Origin: Chrysemys picta bellii
Lineage: Eukaryota
DNA: 64,000 nt
NCBI RefSeq assembly: GCF_011386835.1
Contig: NC_088793.1
Span: 170,066,001 to 170,130,000 of the forward strand
Direction of reading: 5' to 3'
Within the stretch, counting starts at the first letter, position 1; every line of letters begins with the position of its first letter. The notes under the pieces were generated by a model. It was not told the origin of the DNA, ran no database searches, and was given only the letters and a program-made list of their open reading frames with translations. The translations under genes were made by a program, and so were the position numbers. Below, one piece after another: positions 36,735-49,722 of this stretch.

Positions 36735-39534
36735 CACTTTATGCCGGGGAGTCTATGGATTCTAATGGTAAGAACAAAGGACCTAGAGCCATGAACATCC
36801 AGGTTGAGTATCCAATGATTTACAGTTTGACCTTGGGTAAATCATGTAACCTTGACCTTCTTATGCTATAGTCTGCCCGCTGTCCTATTTGTTAAAAGAA
36901 TAGGACCTCACTGGAAACCAGATGCTGCATCTGAGCTGAGCTTTCCATGGTAAATAAATGACATCCATCCAGATACCATGTAATGCAGTCCATCAGGAAA
37001 AAAGGTAAATCATTTTCCAACAGGGAGTTTCAAACCCACACTCTGCTCTAAAACTATAATGAAAAGATTTTTTTTTTAATGGGAATACTGCTGCCACCTT
37101 CTAAATAGTTCACCTTTCACTTTCATCAGCTGTAGAATGCAGGTTCCTGTCCAGTCCAGGTCAGTGGCATGAATTAAAGTTGGTAGCATTTGATGGCTGT
37201 TTGGTGGTCTGATAGTTCTTTGTAGACAGGTGTTCATCCCACAAAACTCGCCATAATTGGCAGTAGTTAACACCATTAGTGGCAGCCTGCGAGAGCCCAG
37301 GGACTGAACGGCCATGGAAAATTATTTTCCTCTGACCTCTGGAAGTTGTCCCTCCAGGAATACTGGCAGGCCAGTGTGTGAATCCTGCACTGCTATTATT
37401 TGTGCTGTACAGTACTAGTCCTCTGGACACCGAGAGAATATGAGTCTCTGAAGCTGCCAATCCAGCCCCTAGTGGGAGCCTTAATATCACAATTCTAATT
37501 TAATTCAGTTATTAAAATATGAACACTTGGAACTTTGAATCTGAAGTTGTGTTCAAAGTGAACTTCCCTTTGAAGCGTCTGATGTCTCCACGTTACTACA
37601 GTGAAGTTCCTAAGTAGATTTTTATATCAGAAATGACACCTTTTTCCCCCTCCCTGGATACATCCTCCAGGTGGATCTGATTCTATTTCATTAAATGTCA
37701 CAGAAGATCGCTAGACAAACACACATGACATGATTCTCATGTATGAGAAGGGGAGGGCCTCATTTTATATAGGACAGATGCAAACCAGATGGACTTGAGC
37801 TTTTTTGGGGGCGGGGCGGGGGAAGCTAAGGAGGGCTTGGGGAGTATCCTGCTGACTGTAAATTACCAAATCCGCAAGGTTACATGGCTCTGTACTTCCC
37901 AGATTTCATCACTGGATTGAATTAGATCTTTCAGAAAAGAGCTGCTTCTTTGATAAAAAATTACAAAGATAAGATGCATACAGTGGTGACTACCTTTACA
38001 ATAGCAAGACAAAATCCCTCTGACTTCATTACTGGAAGGAAATAGAACTTTCTAATAAACTCAGGAAAGCTCATGGTCTTTCTATACAGTGGAAGTGGCC
38101 TGTTTGAGGAATCAGGTCTCAGACTTTCTTAAGAATAAGTGTACAAATATCTCTGCAGGTATGCAAGGCCTAAGAACTCTAATATTTTGCATCTGCATAA
38201 TCAAATTACAATACAACCTTTGAGCCAGGTGTTTCTTGCAGCTCATTAGAACAGGGTTCAGTTCTCTGTCTTGGTCTTGGATGCCTCACATTCATCAAAA
38301 ACAGCACATTCTGCCGTCCAGGCCATCAAAAATTAGTACTGATGGCTTTTTAAGTTTCTCCTCATACAGGTTGGCCAGGAGTATGGCAGCCACAAGAAAG
38401 GATGGCAAATGGGTGGAGGTGGGATAAACAGGAGAGCCTTGGACCTTAGAGAGTGAAGGTTCTTATTCCACATCGGGAAGAAAAAAAAATGAAAGGGAAT
38501 AGTAGATTAAAAACTGATCAGACTCAGAATTCAGAGTGAAATTCTGTGATTAGCTCAATTCCTCCTACCGGGCCTGGCTGTTGTAGTCTCAAAATGCGTT
38601 CTGTGGCCCAGGAAACACCTGTGTGTTGGTAAAGTGGGGTTAGGACAAGAGGGAAGGGGTACCTAAAAAGAAAATACATATTTAGAAGTATTTGAAAAAT
38701 CAAGGGCACTTTTATAACTAAAAAATATGTAGATAGACTTCATTTGCCAGTTTGATTTATGTGAATCCTGATTACTTTTAGCTATAGCTTTATTAACTTA
38801 ATACAGTAAAAGCATGTTAAGGTCAAGTGCATTAATTAACACCACCACAGTTAAAATGTTGCCATATCCATTTGCCATGTGGTGCATTGGATTCCTATGG
38901 CCAAAAACTTTATTAATTTAACAGCTTTCCATTTTTGAGTGCTCACTGCATGAACACATTGGCAGGTCCCATAACATGACACAAAACTTGGGAACCTACA
39001 AAACAGAGGATTATATAGTCTATTTAAATCTGAGCTAAAGAAGTGTCTGGAGTTCAAAAAGCACAAAGTCAGGAAATGAAGCTAAGGTTGTCTTCCTACC
39101 TTCACTCTGTTTCTTTGTGTGTATGCATTACAAGCCAGTCTTTATGGGCAATGTTTTCAAAAGAGCTAATTGGCTTAGGAGTTTAAGTCCTATTGAAAGT
39201 CAGTGGGACAGAGGCCCAGCTGACACACAGATATTGTACCGGTATAACTATTGTGCATAGGGGGATGATTTTTTGAAAAAAATAACAGAAAAACAGATTA
39301 GTTATACTGGAACGACCCCTAGTGCAGATACTGTTATACTGGTATAAGCACCTCCATGCTAGTATAACTGTGTCCCATAGGGACCTTTGCACCGGCTGAG
39401 AAGATGGCAGACAATTGTACACTCAACCCTGCCCCAACACATTCTTTTACCTCCCACTGTCAGGAGTAATCCTCAATTATTCCTTTATACCATTTTCTAG
39501 CCACTTCGTGCAGCTGGAACTAGGCTGAGGATCT

Positions 39535-39640
39535 GGACCTCAGTGACTTGCCCAGGATCACACAGGAAGCCGGTGTGGGAGCAGAAATAGAACCCAGATT
39601 CTTTGAATTCTATTTCAGTGCCTTGATCATCCTTCCTATT
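39535..39640 (-). mobile_element. CORE/MIR-like SINE fragment
   Basis: AGTGACTTGCCCAGGATCACACAG...GAAATAGAACCCAG is the reverse complement of the MIR core and B-box region. Confidence 0.65.
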
Positions 39641-42600
39641 TCCACAAACTCCTGCCTCATTCACTACAGTACCCAGCTGGTGGTGAATGAAGTGGGGCTG
39701 CTATTGGCTGAATAAGACAGCTGTCTGAGGAAACATTAGTTTGTGATCATGTAATAGACTCTATTGTATGCACAGAGAAGTACAGTTAAGGTTGTACACC
39801 AAACAAACGAAAGGCAGATTTACAACATAGAGGTGCTAGAGTCATTCATTTTAATGTTTTCTCTCTTAGCAGAAAAAAATGCTTTTGTCACTCTCCTTAC
39901 TTCAAAACAGCTCAGCCCCCTCCCCCCCCTTTTTTCTTAAGTCAAAGTTTCAGGAAAAAGTTTCTCTGATTCAGAGCAGCATATTAAATGTTATCTGCAA
40001 AGGTAACACTGAGAAAAGTTATAAACAATTGGAAACAGTCTTTTATAAATGGCAATACGTACTGTACTGCATAGTAGCAAACTGAAATCCTGCATGTTAT
40101 ACTTTATAAAAATTGTTTATAGAGCTCAAACGCTCTCTGGACATGAATGAATAATGATCATATATGTTTGCATGTTTACTCTGGGTATCTACGGAACGTG
40201 ACTTGATTGCTTCAAGTCATCTGGGGAAGAGTTAGCATCTGCCATTTTTTAAACATAAGGGCCCCAATCTTCTACTGAGCTACACTGGCAAGCCCCAATG
40301 TTTTCAACAGAGTTTCAAGTGGGTACACAGGTCTATCTGCATGGTGTTCTGTGCAGGATCAGGGCCAAAATAAATATACTCCATTACTGAGTGCAATACA
40401 ATCTAAACCTCATTTAGGAGGGCACATTTCCTGTAAGCACCACAGCAGAAGCGGGTCTTGTGGAGCAATGTGAAAGAGGAGACTGCCTGGCTATTTGTGC
40501 TAGCCCTATAAAGACACTGCAAGAGGCTATGAGTGTTATTCATTTATTTTAGGCCAGATTCTGCAACCTTCCTCATGCTGAGTTACTCTGAGCAGTCAGA
40601 CTGAAATCAATAGGGCTACTCACAGGGTAAAGAACTTCTTAACATGAATAAAGGTGGCAGGATATATCCCACTGATATTTTCTCTTTTCTCAAGTGCCCA
40701 TTGCTAGGATATAAAAGGCCAAAACAGTGATTAAAATTATTCTTGGTTATTGGTTATAGCTTAAGACAAGCCACCACAAATAAATGAAAAAATAATCCAA
40801 ACAAAAGAGCGATGATGAAAAGGAGGCGAATAAAGCCCAACACATAGCTGGCTCAAGCCTCTGAACACAGCAACAGAGAGATTCTAGTTGACATCTGCAG
40901 AGAGATCAACAGACAGATTCCCTGTAACAAGAAGGGCCTGCCTCTAGCCCAGCACAGATCGAAACTCTGGATGGAAAGCAAAGATAGCACAACTGATCTC
41001 AATAGCCTGGGAGAGGCACTGGGTGGGAGACTGGAACTCAATGGACACAGGCCTTATTTTTTTAAGAGCTTTATGTTAGTGCTGAACAGATATCTACAAA
41101 ACGATCTGCAAACATTCATCCAAATACAAAAGTCAGTTACCTTTGCCTGTGACTAAGTGATCATTTTCCAACAATATTCTAAGAAACTGGCCAAGGGTTA
41201 TTTGGTGAATAATTCTGAGAAACAAATGTACTCAAGAAAGCCATAAAGACTGTTTGTGGACAATTCATAAACAGAAAAGAGGTGAAAAATGTCAAGTTAT
41301 TTGCTAAGCTCCACTTTCTACCAGCTATAAAAGATCAGGCAGAACACAGAAGTGGATATGGCACTCTTATTATCAAGCCTTTAGAGCTGAAGAGGAGAGA
41401 CTCAATGACAAGAATTAATGTTGCTTTGGGGAGAAGCAGTGGAAATTGAAAACATACAAAGATGCTGTTCTTAGTGGGAAGGAGGTATGCTGCTTTTGTG
41501 AGCATTTTATGGCAGCTCCTGAAATTAAACTTCTATCGTTATTATGAGCTCAGAAAGGCTGTGCAAAATAAAAACCAGAGCTTGCTGCAGAATTTGGCCT
41601 AGAAAAATGTGATGATCTGCTCCCCACATTTCCTCTTCATCCTACCCCCCAAAACCTCCCCTCTCCTTTCTCTCTCTCTCCCCCCACCCCCAACTAGCAG
41701 TCCTGAAAAGTTGGGTGTTGCATAGCCACATCCAAGCACTGAGGTTACAGGCTGTTTAGGTGGAATTGTTTTAGCTTCTCTTGTCACTAGCAGATCCCAA
41801 GATATTGTCATTGTCACTTTGGAGTTCTTCAGCAAAATACACTAATGAAAGCTACACTAACTCCCAGCATCCAGGCAGTTAAAAGGTTAAATACTGTTGT
41901 ATCAAAGGGTACCCCTCCCCCACCCAGGACTTTTTGGTTTTCTCCACAGCTTGTCTGTAGGCACAAAGAAAAATGACTGCAAACGCTTGATAGTGAGCAT
42001 AGACCAATATGTCATTCACACGTGTGAGAATAGTTGTTCCTTTATAAGAAAAAAGATTTCCTAAGAATTAGCTGAGTTCCATAAATCAGCTTCATGTTGA
42101 AGCATGACATATGGCATTCCTCTCTACTGTCCAGTCAAAAGCTCTGTCTGGAAATGGATGCCTGTGAGAGACTTTTTTTTTAGATGCAAACACAAGAAAA
42201 ACCATGGTGTGATCTTTTCACGCTCCTGGCAGAAGTAGTTATGGACTTAGATATAAGTAAGCCACGTGAAAGAAGTGTTGTATCAATCCAAAGGACTGAT
42301 CAGTGTCGGTGATCCCTCATGGAGTAAGGCACTAAACAATCAGTCAGGTATCAAAATTTGGGCCAGATTTGGGGGGAGCATCAAGACTTGCACTTTTGTT
42401 TCACTGAGTGAACTCAAATGCCATTGTAAGAGTGGAAAGACCACCACTAGAGAGTGTTATGGGTCAGGGCTGAACCCAATGATTAACTCATAAATATAAC
42501 AAAACCTGCTGTAATGCAAGAAACAAAAATGCATAAGTTATTGAATGCAGTTGCTGTTACTTCCATGCTGTGAAGAGTTACTGACTGGTGGTAAATATTT

Positions 42601-43038
42601 ATATCACAACATTTAAGGCCTACTAGTTTGCCAGTTAATTCTGGTTTTTTCCTGCTCTGCTCTTGAGATTGTAAGGGGCAGAAGCATAAACAGCAGGTGG
42701 TATATGCAAGATCTAGTGCTTTGTAAAACTGGCAGGTGGTTCTAGTAAAAAAATCTAGAACAACCCAAATTTGAACTAAGTTCAAAGTTATACCCACTTC
42801 AAAATGTTTGAGTGACAATGGCATGTCCATCGTCAGGTCTGAAAAGGATCTCCCCTAAGGCCTTAATCCAATAGGATAACCAAAAAGGGAAAGGACAAGT
42901 GTTGTTGTACTTCATTTATACAAAAGAGTGTGATAAAAAGCTCTCTCTTTACATTGCACATCTTTCTGTTTTACTCATAGTATAACAAATAAGTACGTTG
43001 TAATCATATAGCACCTTTCAAGGGATCTCAAGGAGCTT

Positions 43039-43307
43039 AAGGCAAGACTATAACAGGGTTCAAAAAAGAACTAGATACATTCATGGAGGATAGGTCCATC
43101 AATGGCTATTAGCCAGGATGGGCAGGGATGGTGTCCCTAGCCTCTGTTTGCCAGAAGCTGGAAATGAGCGACAGGAGATGGATCACTTGATGATTACCTG
43201 ATCTGTTCATTCCCTCTGGGGCACCTGGCATTGGCCACTGTCAGAAGACAGGATACTGGGCTAGATGGACCTTTGGTTTGACCCAGTATGGCCGTTCTTA
43301 TGTTCTT
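43039..43307 (+). mobile_element. CR1 LINE 3' end
   Basis: GGGTTCAAAAAAGAACTAGA..AGTTCATGGAGGATAGGTCCATCAATGGC-like start through TATGGCCGTTCTTATGTTCTT; paralog of 23599 and 46457. Confidence 0.93.
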
Positions 43308-43367
43308 GTTAACAAGGGTAACTATTCCCACTTTGAAGACAGAGACAAGACAAACAGAAATTAAGGC

Positions 43368-43610
43368 TCAGAGGGGTAGCCGTGTTAGTCTGGATCTGTA
43401 AAAAGCGACAAAGAGTCCTGTGGCACCTTATAGACTAACAGACTTATTGAAGCATAAGCTTTCGTGGGTGAATACCCACTTCGTCAGATGAATGTAGTGG
43501 AAATTTCCAGAGGCAGGTATAAATATGCAGGCAAGAATCAGTCTAGAGATAACAAGGTTAGTTCAATCAGGGAGGATGAGGCCCTCTTCTAGCGGTTGAG
43601 GTATGAACAC
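43368..43610 (-). mobile_element. Penelope-like element 3' fragment (longer copy)
   Basis: Same terminus TCAGAGGGGTAGCCGTGTTAGTCTGG and body as 17803 and 30902; extends about 120 bp beyond the ribozyme; no TSD seen. Confidence 0.8.
43452..43491 (-). ncRNA. Minimal type I hammerhead ribozyme motif with canonical core
   Basis: Minus strand TCAT-CTGACGA-A-GTGGGT ATTC ACCCAC-GAAA-GCTT-ATGC: exact CUGANGA/GAAA core and perfect 6-bp stem II. Confidence 0.75.
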
Positions 43611-46456
43611 TTTCAGAAGTGCCTAAGTGAGCTAGGAGACTAAGTCCCATTGATTTTCAATGAGACATAGAATCCTAAGTCTTTTTTGAAAATGTTACCG
43701 TAAAACTCTTGCCAAGGTAACATTACATCAGTGTTAGAGTTGGGAATAAAACTCAGTCTTGAAGTACAATCACTCTGGCGCAAAGTGTCTAACTATTAAG
43801 CAGCCAGATACTCATAATGACCACATGCATGTGTATCTTTGCTGGGAATTCTTGGTACAGGAAAATTAAGATTATATGGACAAAACACAAATTCATCCAT
43901 CTGGTTCCCAAACATTTTGTTGAATGCCTCGCTTTGGAACTGTTGAAATGCAGTGTTGTAAGAAATGCCAATGGGGTTTGGGTACCTAACTGCCTTACAC
44001 TGCTTTGAAAAGCCCAGCTTCATTTCAAAGATGCCTAAGGGAAGCAGGTACCCACTCCCACTGAAATTCAATGGGAATGGGGTGAGTCAGGCACCTTTGA
44101 AAGTCTCAGCCTGCATAGTTATCTTTATATCTTTATGTAACCTGCAGGACTCTGGAGCAAGAAGTCTAGCAATTGACCTTGGAGCATAGAACTTGCTGCT
44201 TTCATTTGCATATTTTGCCCTTTAGTTTAGAAATATTTCCCTGCAAGCACTTGAGCCAGTGACGTTATTTACAGCTCTCTGAGCTGCATGCTTACTGAGT
44301 TAAATTTATTTAATAAACTCTGTTCTTTAATTAAATGTTTACTGATTGCATTGCAAAGCTGTTGCATTTTTTGCTTCCATGTGTTGAAAACCTGCTTCAA
44401 AACTGCAATAAAACCCATAAATTATGTGTTTTCAATTTAAACAAAAGTCATTAATTTTATCACTCAGATGTCAGTACATATCTTTCTCCTTTTATTGCAA
44501 TTTTAGACCTTTTTCAAAGTAGCAGAACAGATAATACATCTCTTGCTTAATCCATGGTGAAGTATCGGGCTGTTGGAATTCTTCTGTGTTTTGTAGTTCA
44601 CTGTAACTTTGTCCACCGCTCCCCTAACTCAAAGAGACCAGGAAATGGAAAACAGTTCCAAGATACAGTGCTGAGAATTGGTGAAGGCTTGCCAGTTCCC
44701 TATTCACAAATTAGAAACAGTATCTGGGCCTGAGGTTTGGAAGGCATTTAAGAACAGGAAACAAAATTCAGCTTTTCATCAGTCTCTTTCAGCTGTCAGG
44801 ACAGACCTAGTGTAGCTGGTCAAGTATTGCCATCTCATGGTCAAGACTGGAAGTAACAGATTTTAAGAGAATATGGGGCCTGTTCAGTATAGAACCCCCA
44901 CCGAAGTCCAAAAAGTGTGATTCTCCTTTCACCTGAGTTATTCCAGTGTCAATGACTGATCCAAAGCCCATTTAAATCAAGGGAATCCGTCCATTAACTT
45001 AATGTGAGTTACACCAGTGAAAGTAGAATCAGGCCTATTATGAATTTCAGCAGGGATTTTATATTCCCCGCTGAACTGCTTATTTTTAAATTGAACTCTA
45101 GCTTTCACAACCAGCTTCTGTAAAAGCATTAAAAGTAAAGAGAAGATTATATGTTGCTGCTGCTTACAGTTCAGGACACTAATAACCGTGCTTTCAATCA
45201 CAAATAGTTGCAAAAGTCTGGCTTATCCTGAAGAGTTTGATTCCATTTCAACCTCAGATGAAAGAAATTAGGGTCAGAGCTAAAGAATCTCTACTCTCAG
45301 TAATAAGTTACACTGACTTACAATTCTCACCCATATGTTATGCACCTACACAGCTGCAAATGCACATGCTTCAGTGAGATATCTTTTTAGATGGCTTGCT
45401 TTGAATGCCAGAATTAAGTTAGTGTTACTTGCCTTGTTGGCCAAAAACGCCTCTCCACTATAACAGTAAAATGAAGTACTAGAAAAACAGCTCTTCATGA
45501 CTATGTGCTCCTGCCAGCATTTTTAGAAATATAGTGGACAAAGCTAGCCCAGTTCTGATCAGTTACATTGGTGTCAATATAGAGTAACTCCACTGGTGAC
45601 AACACAATTGCTCCAGATTTACCCCCACACACACATAACTGATAGCAGAATTTGCCCCCAGGTTATTTTTCTTTTGATAGCTACTGGCACTAGGGCTAGA
45701 CCGAGGCTACCCTATTGTATGCGGGTATCAACAGTGATACAAGGAGCAAGGAGCTTTCTCCCAGTCTTGTACCATCACACAGGGACCAACCACAGTCTGA
45801 CTGAGGAACAGAGTCACTGTGCCCTGCCAGCAGTCTTAACCAACCCTGTAGAGACTGGGAATGAGCAAGGTCGGGGCCATGGCTCCACTCCCCGACCAGC
45901 TGTCCTGGTGTAGGTTTGAGGGGAAAATATATGCTGCATGCCTTCAAAGGGTGGAACATCTACTGCAGCAGCACATGGACTACCATAGTGCCAAATCATT
46001 ACTGATAATTACTTCTGGGGTTCCAAGTGCATCATGGTCCCCCAGTATCCTGCTCCAATGCAGTCTGTATCTTAAAAGGCTCTATCTGCTCTTGATTACC
46101 CAATACAATCTGATTGATTGGCTGGCTAGGTCACACTCACAGCTAGTATTCCACCCCCCACACCCTGTGGAACCTGGGTATGACACAGCTAAGCTTTGGC
46201 ATCCCATCATTTCATTTGCATACTAGCCTGAGCCAGCATAGGGGCTTGGGACCCGAGTTTGCATCCATGCTCTCTAGCAAGCCCTCTTGGAAGATGCTGA
46301 GAATGACACTGATAGACTCTGAAGAGAGCTGTATCCCTGAAGAGAGCTGCCTGTATCCTCCCTGTATCCTCTGAAGAGAGCTGCCTCCTGGGTTAACAGG
46401 AGATTTGTTGCATGATCAGCCATTGATGAGGGAACAGAGCAAAGGAAGAAAACCAG

Positions 46457-46970
46457 GAGATGACTAAGGCGGGATATGATGGTGGACTATAAAATCATGA
46501 ATGGAATGGAGAAAGAGAATAGGGAAGTGTTCTTTACCCCTTCATAGAACACAAGAACCAGGGGTCACCCAATGAAATTAATAGGCAGCAGGTTTAAAAC
46601 AAATGTAAGGAAGTACTTCCTCACACAATACACAGTCCACCTGTGGAACTCATTGCCAGGGCACGTCAGGGGATGTTGTGAAGGCCAAAAGTATAAGTGG
46701 GCTCAAAAAAGAACTAGATAAGTTCCTAGAGGATAGGTCCATTGATGATTATGAGCCAAGATGGTCAGGGACACAACGCCATGCTCTGGGTGTCCCTAAA
46801 CCCCTGACTGCCAGAAGGTGGGACTGGATGACAGGGGATGGATCACTCGATAAATTGCCTTGTTATGTTCATTCCTTCTGAATCATCTGGCACTGGCCAC
46901 TATCAGAAGACAGGATACAGGGCTAGATGGACCAGTGGTCTGACCCAATATGGCCATTCTGGTGTTCTTA
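46457..46970 (+). mobile_element. CR1 LINE 3' portion
   Basis: LRRDM..DYKIMNG-like and TRTRGHPMKLIGSRFKT coding remnants; same 3' UTR family as 23599 and 43039. Confidence 0.92.
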
Positions 46971-47162
46971 GTGGCACATGGGGCTCAGAGAATCCTTTCA
47001 AATAAAGATAAACTGAAGCCTCTCTTGTATTAGCACCGCCAGCTTTCCCAGCTATTGATGGCACCATTCACAGCTGCATTCTGGATTATACATTACCTAT
47101 AGAGTTTTGCCATCTGCACAAAATGCAGCAACAGAGTCTGAGCTCACAATCTTTGACTCCAA

Positions 47163-47447
47163 GGGCACGTCTTCACTACCCACCCGGATCGGCGGGTAGA
47201 AATCGATCTCTCGGGGATCGATTTATCGCATCTCATCTAGACGCGATAAATGGATCCCCGAATCGATGCGCGTACTCCACCTCGTCAGGAGGAGTAAGCG
47301 GCGTCGATGGGGGAGCTGCGGCGGTCGATTTGCCGCCATCCTCACAGCGGGGTAAGTCGAATAGGATACTTCGACTTCAGCTACGCTATTCGCATAGCTG
47401 AAGTTTGCGTATCTTACATTGCCCCCCCCTCTAGTGTAGACAACCCC
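47163..47447. mobile_element. CpG-rich GTCTACAC-type MITE (Harbinger-like)
   Basis: TIR GGGCACGTCTTCACTA/TAGTGTAGACAACCCC; internal hairpins; possible 3-bp TSD (CAA, alignment ambiguous). Confidence 0.8.
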
Positions 47448-49330
47448 AAGACTAAAGATCTCTACCCAGGGAACTGAAGCATATTCCCCTGAAAATCATT
47501 AAAGGCCAGGTTGTACCTTTAAGGAACAGCTTACAGTAGAAGGCTGAGCTAGAGGTCTCTATAGGAGCTCAGAGAAATACGGTCTGAGGCAGGCAGTTAT
47601 GGAAGAGCACACAGGCTCCACTATGCTTTGCCACACTCTTTTACAAATTGCAAATTTGCTCCCTTACTAGGTCAGTTACAGCTAAACTATGGCTCAGCCT
47701 TGGCCTACCCTTTTAGGGAGGCTGGCTCTCCTGTTGGTGTTAGCATTCAGTGTGCTCCGTGAGTGTAAAAAATTGGGATTTTGTTTGGCCCCTGTGCAGA
47801 GTTGAAAGAGAAGCTTCAAGGAACTTTTACCCTCTCTTCCTCTCCACCTCTTGCACGCTAGCACTGGAACAGAGACAATCTGGCTGCAAGAACAGTACCT
47901 AAAGGAGCTTGACCAGAAAAGAATGCTGAGCCAAGTTCTCATCCCAATGAAAAGAGATGAGCCTTTGAAGCAATATAAAGTAAATACTCGGCAATTCAGT
48001 CACTTTCTCTTTATGAGAGCCGCCCAGCTATCCTCAGTGCATAAGCATAAAACTTACTTCCAAAAGAAAACATCTGTAATTAAAGGGTTGCTCCCAGGCA
48101 TTGGGTGGCACTTCCATCAAATTGAGGTTTCTATTTAAAATGTTAAGTGAGAAGCATTACAAACTCACATCTGAAAGTTGCAAGACCCTTGATGGAAACA
48201 TCCTCATAGGATATAACAGAGAATAAGTTTTCCGTACAATTTTTAAACCGACATGTAGAATTTTATAGGCGCACTGGAATGCTCCAGGATTCTAGAACAG
48301 GACTCTTCAGCTGAGTGACCCTAAACCTGAGTATCAAAATCCCACATTAAGATTCAGCTTTATACTGCTAAGTCATTTTGGTAAGTGGGTGCAGTTAGCT
48401 CCAACTAGAATAAAGGGGTGAAAGTTTATCTTTAGGCCCAAGGGAAACAGGGAGTGGGGAACCCCTTTGGAGGGCCAAACTCAGGGGAAAGCATAAGCTA
48501 AGTGTTACAGTACAGTCTTCTTTTTGGGTTACCAATAAATCCAAATTCCAGAAAGGGAAGTGTTTGGACACTACCTCAGACTCCCGGTGCTCAGCCCTGC
48601 TTGAGAAGTGACTACATCTGTTCACACCACTAGTTACAAGCTCTACAGAAGGGATACCATCCTCTGGTCTTTTCTGAAATCTGCACAAGGGCCATGGTTA
48701 ATGCCAAAAGCCAATGCCCTCATAAACACTAACCGTTTATTCTTTCATCCATACACCACCTCCATTTTCAGTTGTTTTGTTTTGTTTTTTAAAATTAAGT
48801 TTTTGAGGGAGTATGGTGTTCTAGACTCCATAGCACTAGAATTGTGACTCTTTGGAAATTGATCCTGACACACATGCAATATCTAACATGTTAATGGTGC
48901 CCAGTCTTTATTTCTTTGAGTCTTGCATTCTGCTAAACCACCCAGCCCATTTTAGATTAGACGTGCAACGGTGAATACCACATCCTCTGAGTGACCCATT
49001 TTGTTTGTTTTGATTGGCCTGATGACAATACATGGGAGACAGTGAAGACTAACCACATTGTATAAAGATCTGGCAATTAAATAACAAAAACAGCCTCAAG
49101 CTCTAACTATTAAATTTCCTCCCCCTCCCCCTTTAAAAAAAAAAAAGCAAAACAGGAAGGTCTTTAGCCCGTTCACTTTTAAACTCAACAGATCTCAGCC
49201 TTAACTGATGATGCATCATAAATTCAACAAGATCTCAGTACATGTTTTGTCTTCAGATCCAGCCCTCGACCCCCATGTATTTGTAAAGAATGGATAAATG
49301 TAAAGTGTATGTGTGTGTTTATATATATAT

Positions 49331-49722
49331 TAGGGCTGTCAATTAATCACAGTTAATGCATGTGATTAATGCAAAACAAATTAACTACATTTAAAACTGT
49401 GATTAATCATGATTTTTTTAATCATACTGTTAACAATAATAGAATATCAATTTACATTTATTATAAGTATTTTTGGATTTTTTTCTACATTTTCAAATAT
49501 ATTGATTTCAATTATAACACAATACAAAGCATACAGTGCTCACATTATATATTTTGTTAAATTACAAAGTGAGCACTGTGGACTTTGTATTGTGTTGTAA
49601 TTGAAATTAATATATTTGAAAATGTAGAACAACATCCAAAAACAATAGAATATCAATTTAAATTATAAGTAACAATGTGATTAAAACTGCGATTAAGACT
49701 TTTTTAATCTCATGATTATAAT
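49331..49722. mobile_element. AT-rich palindromic MITE (TAGGGCTGTC..TTAAT type)
   Basis: Starts TAGGGCTGTCAATTAATC; long internal inverted repeat CTACATTTTCAAATATATT...GTGCTCAC / GTGAGCAC...ATATATTTGAAAATGTAG; right end eroded. Confidence 0.7.

Noticed and set aside
38294-38420. Minus-strand peptide PSVLIFDGLD resembling a NACHT Walker B motif
   Set aside because: A stop follows within a few codons, with no Walker A context and no splice support. Likely chance.
40812-40864. C/D box snoRNA (ATGATGA...CTGA)
   Set aside because: Only about 53 nt between the boxes, with no terminal stem or clear C'/D' boxes.
46319-46383. Three copies of CTGAAGAGAGCTG (contains a CUGANGA match)
   Set aside because: No stem II/GAAA arrangement follows; best explained as local slippage duplication, not a hammerhead.
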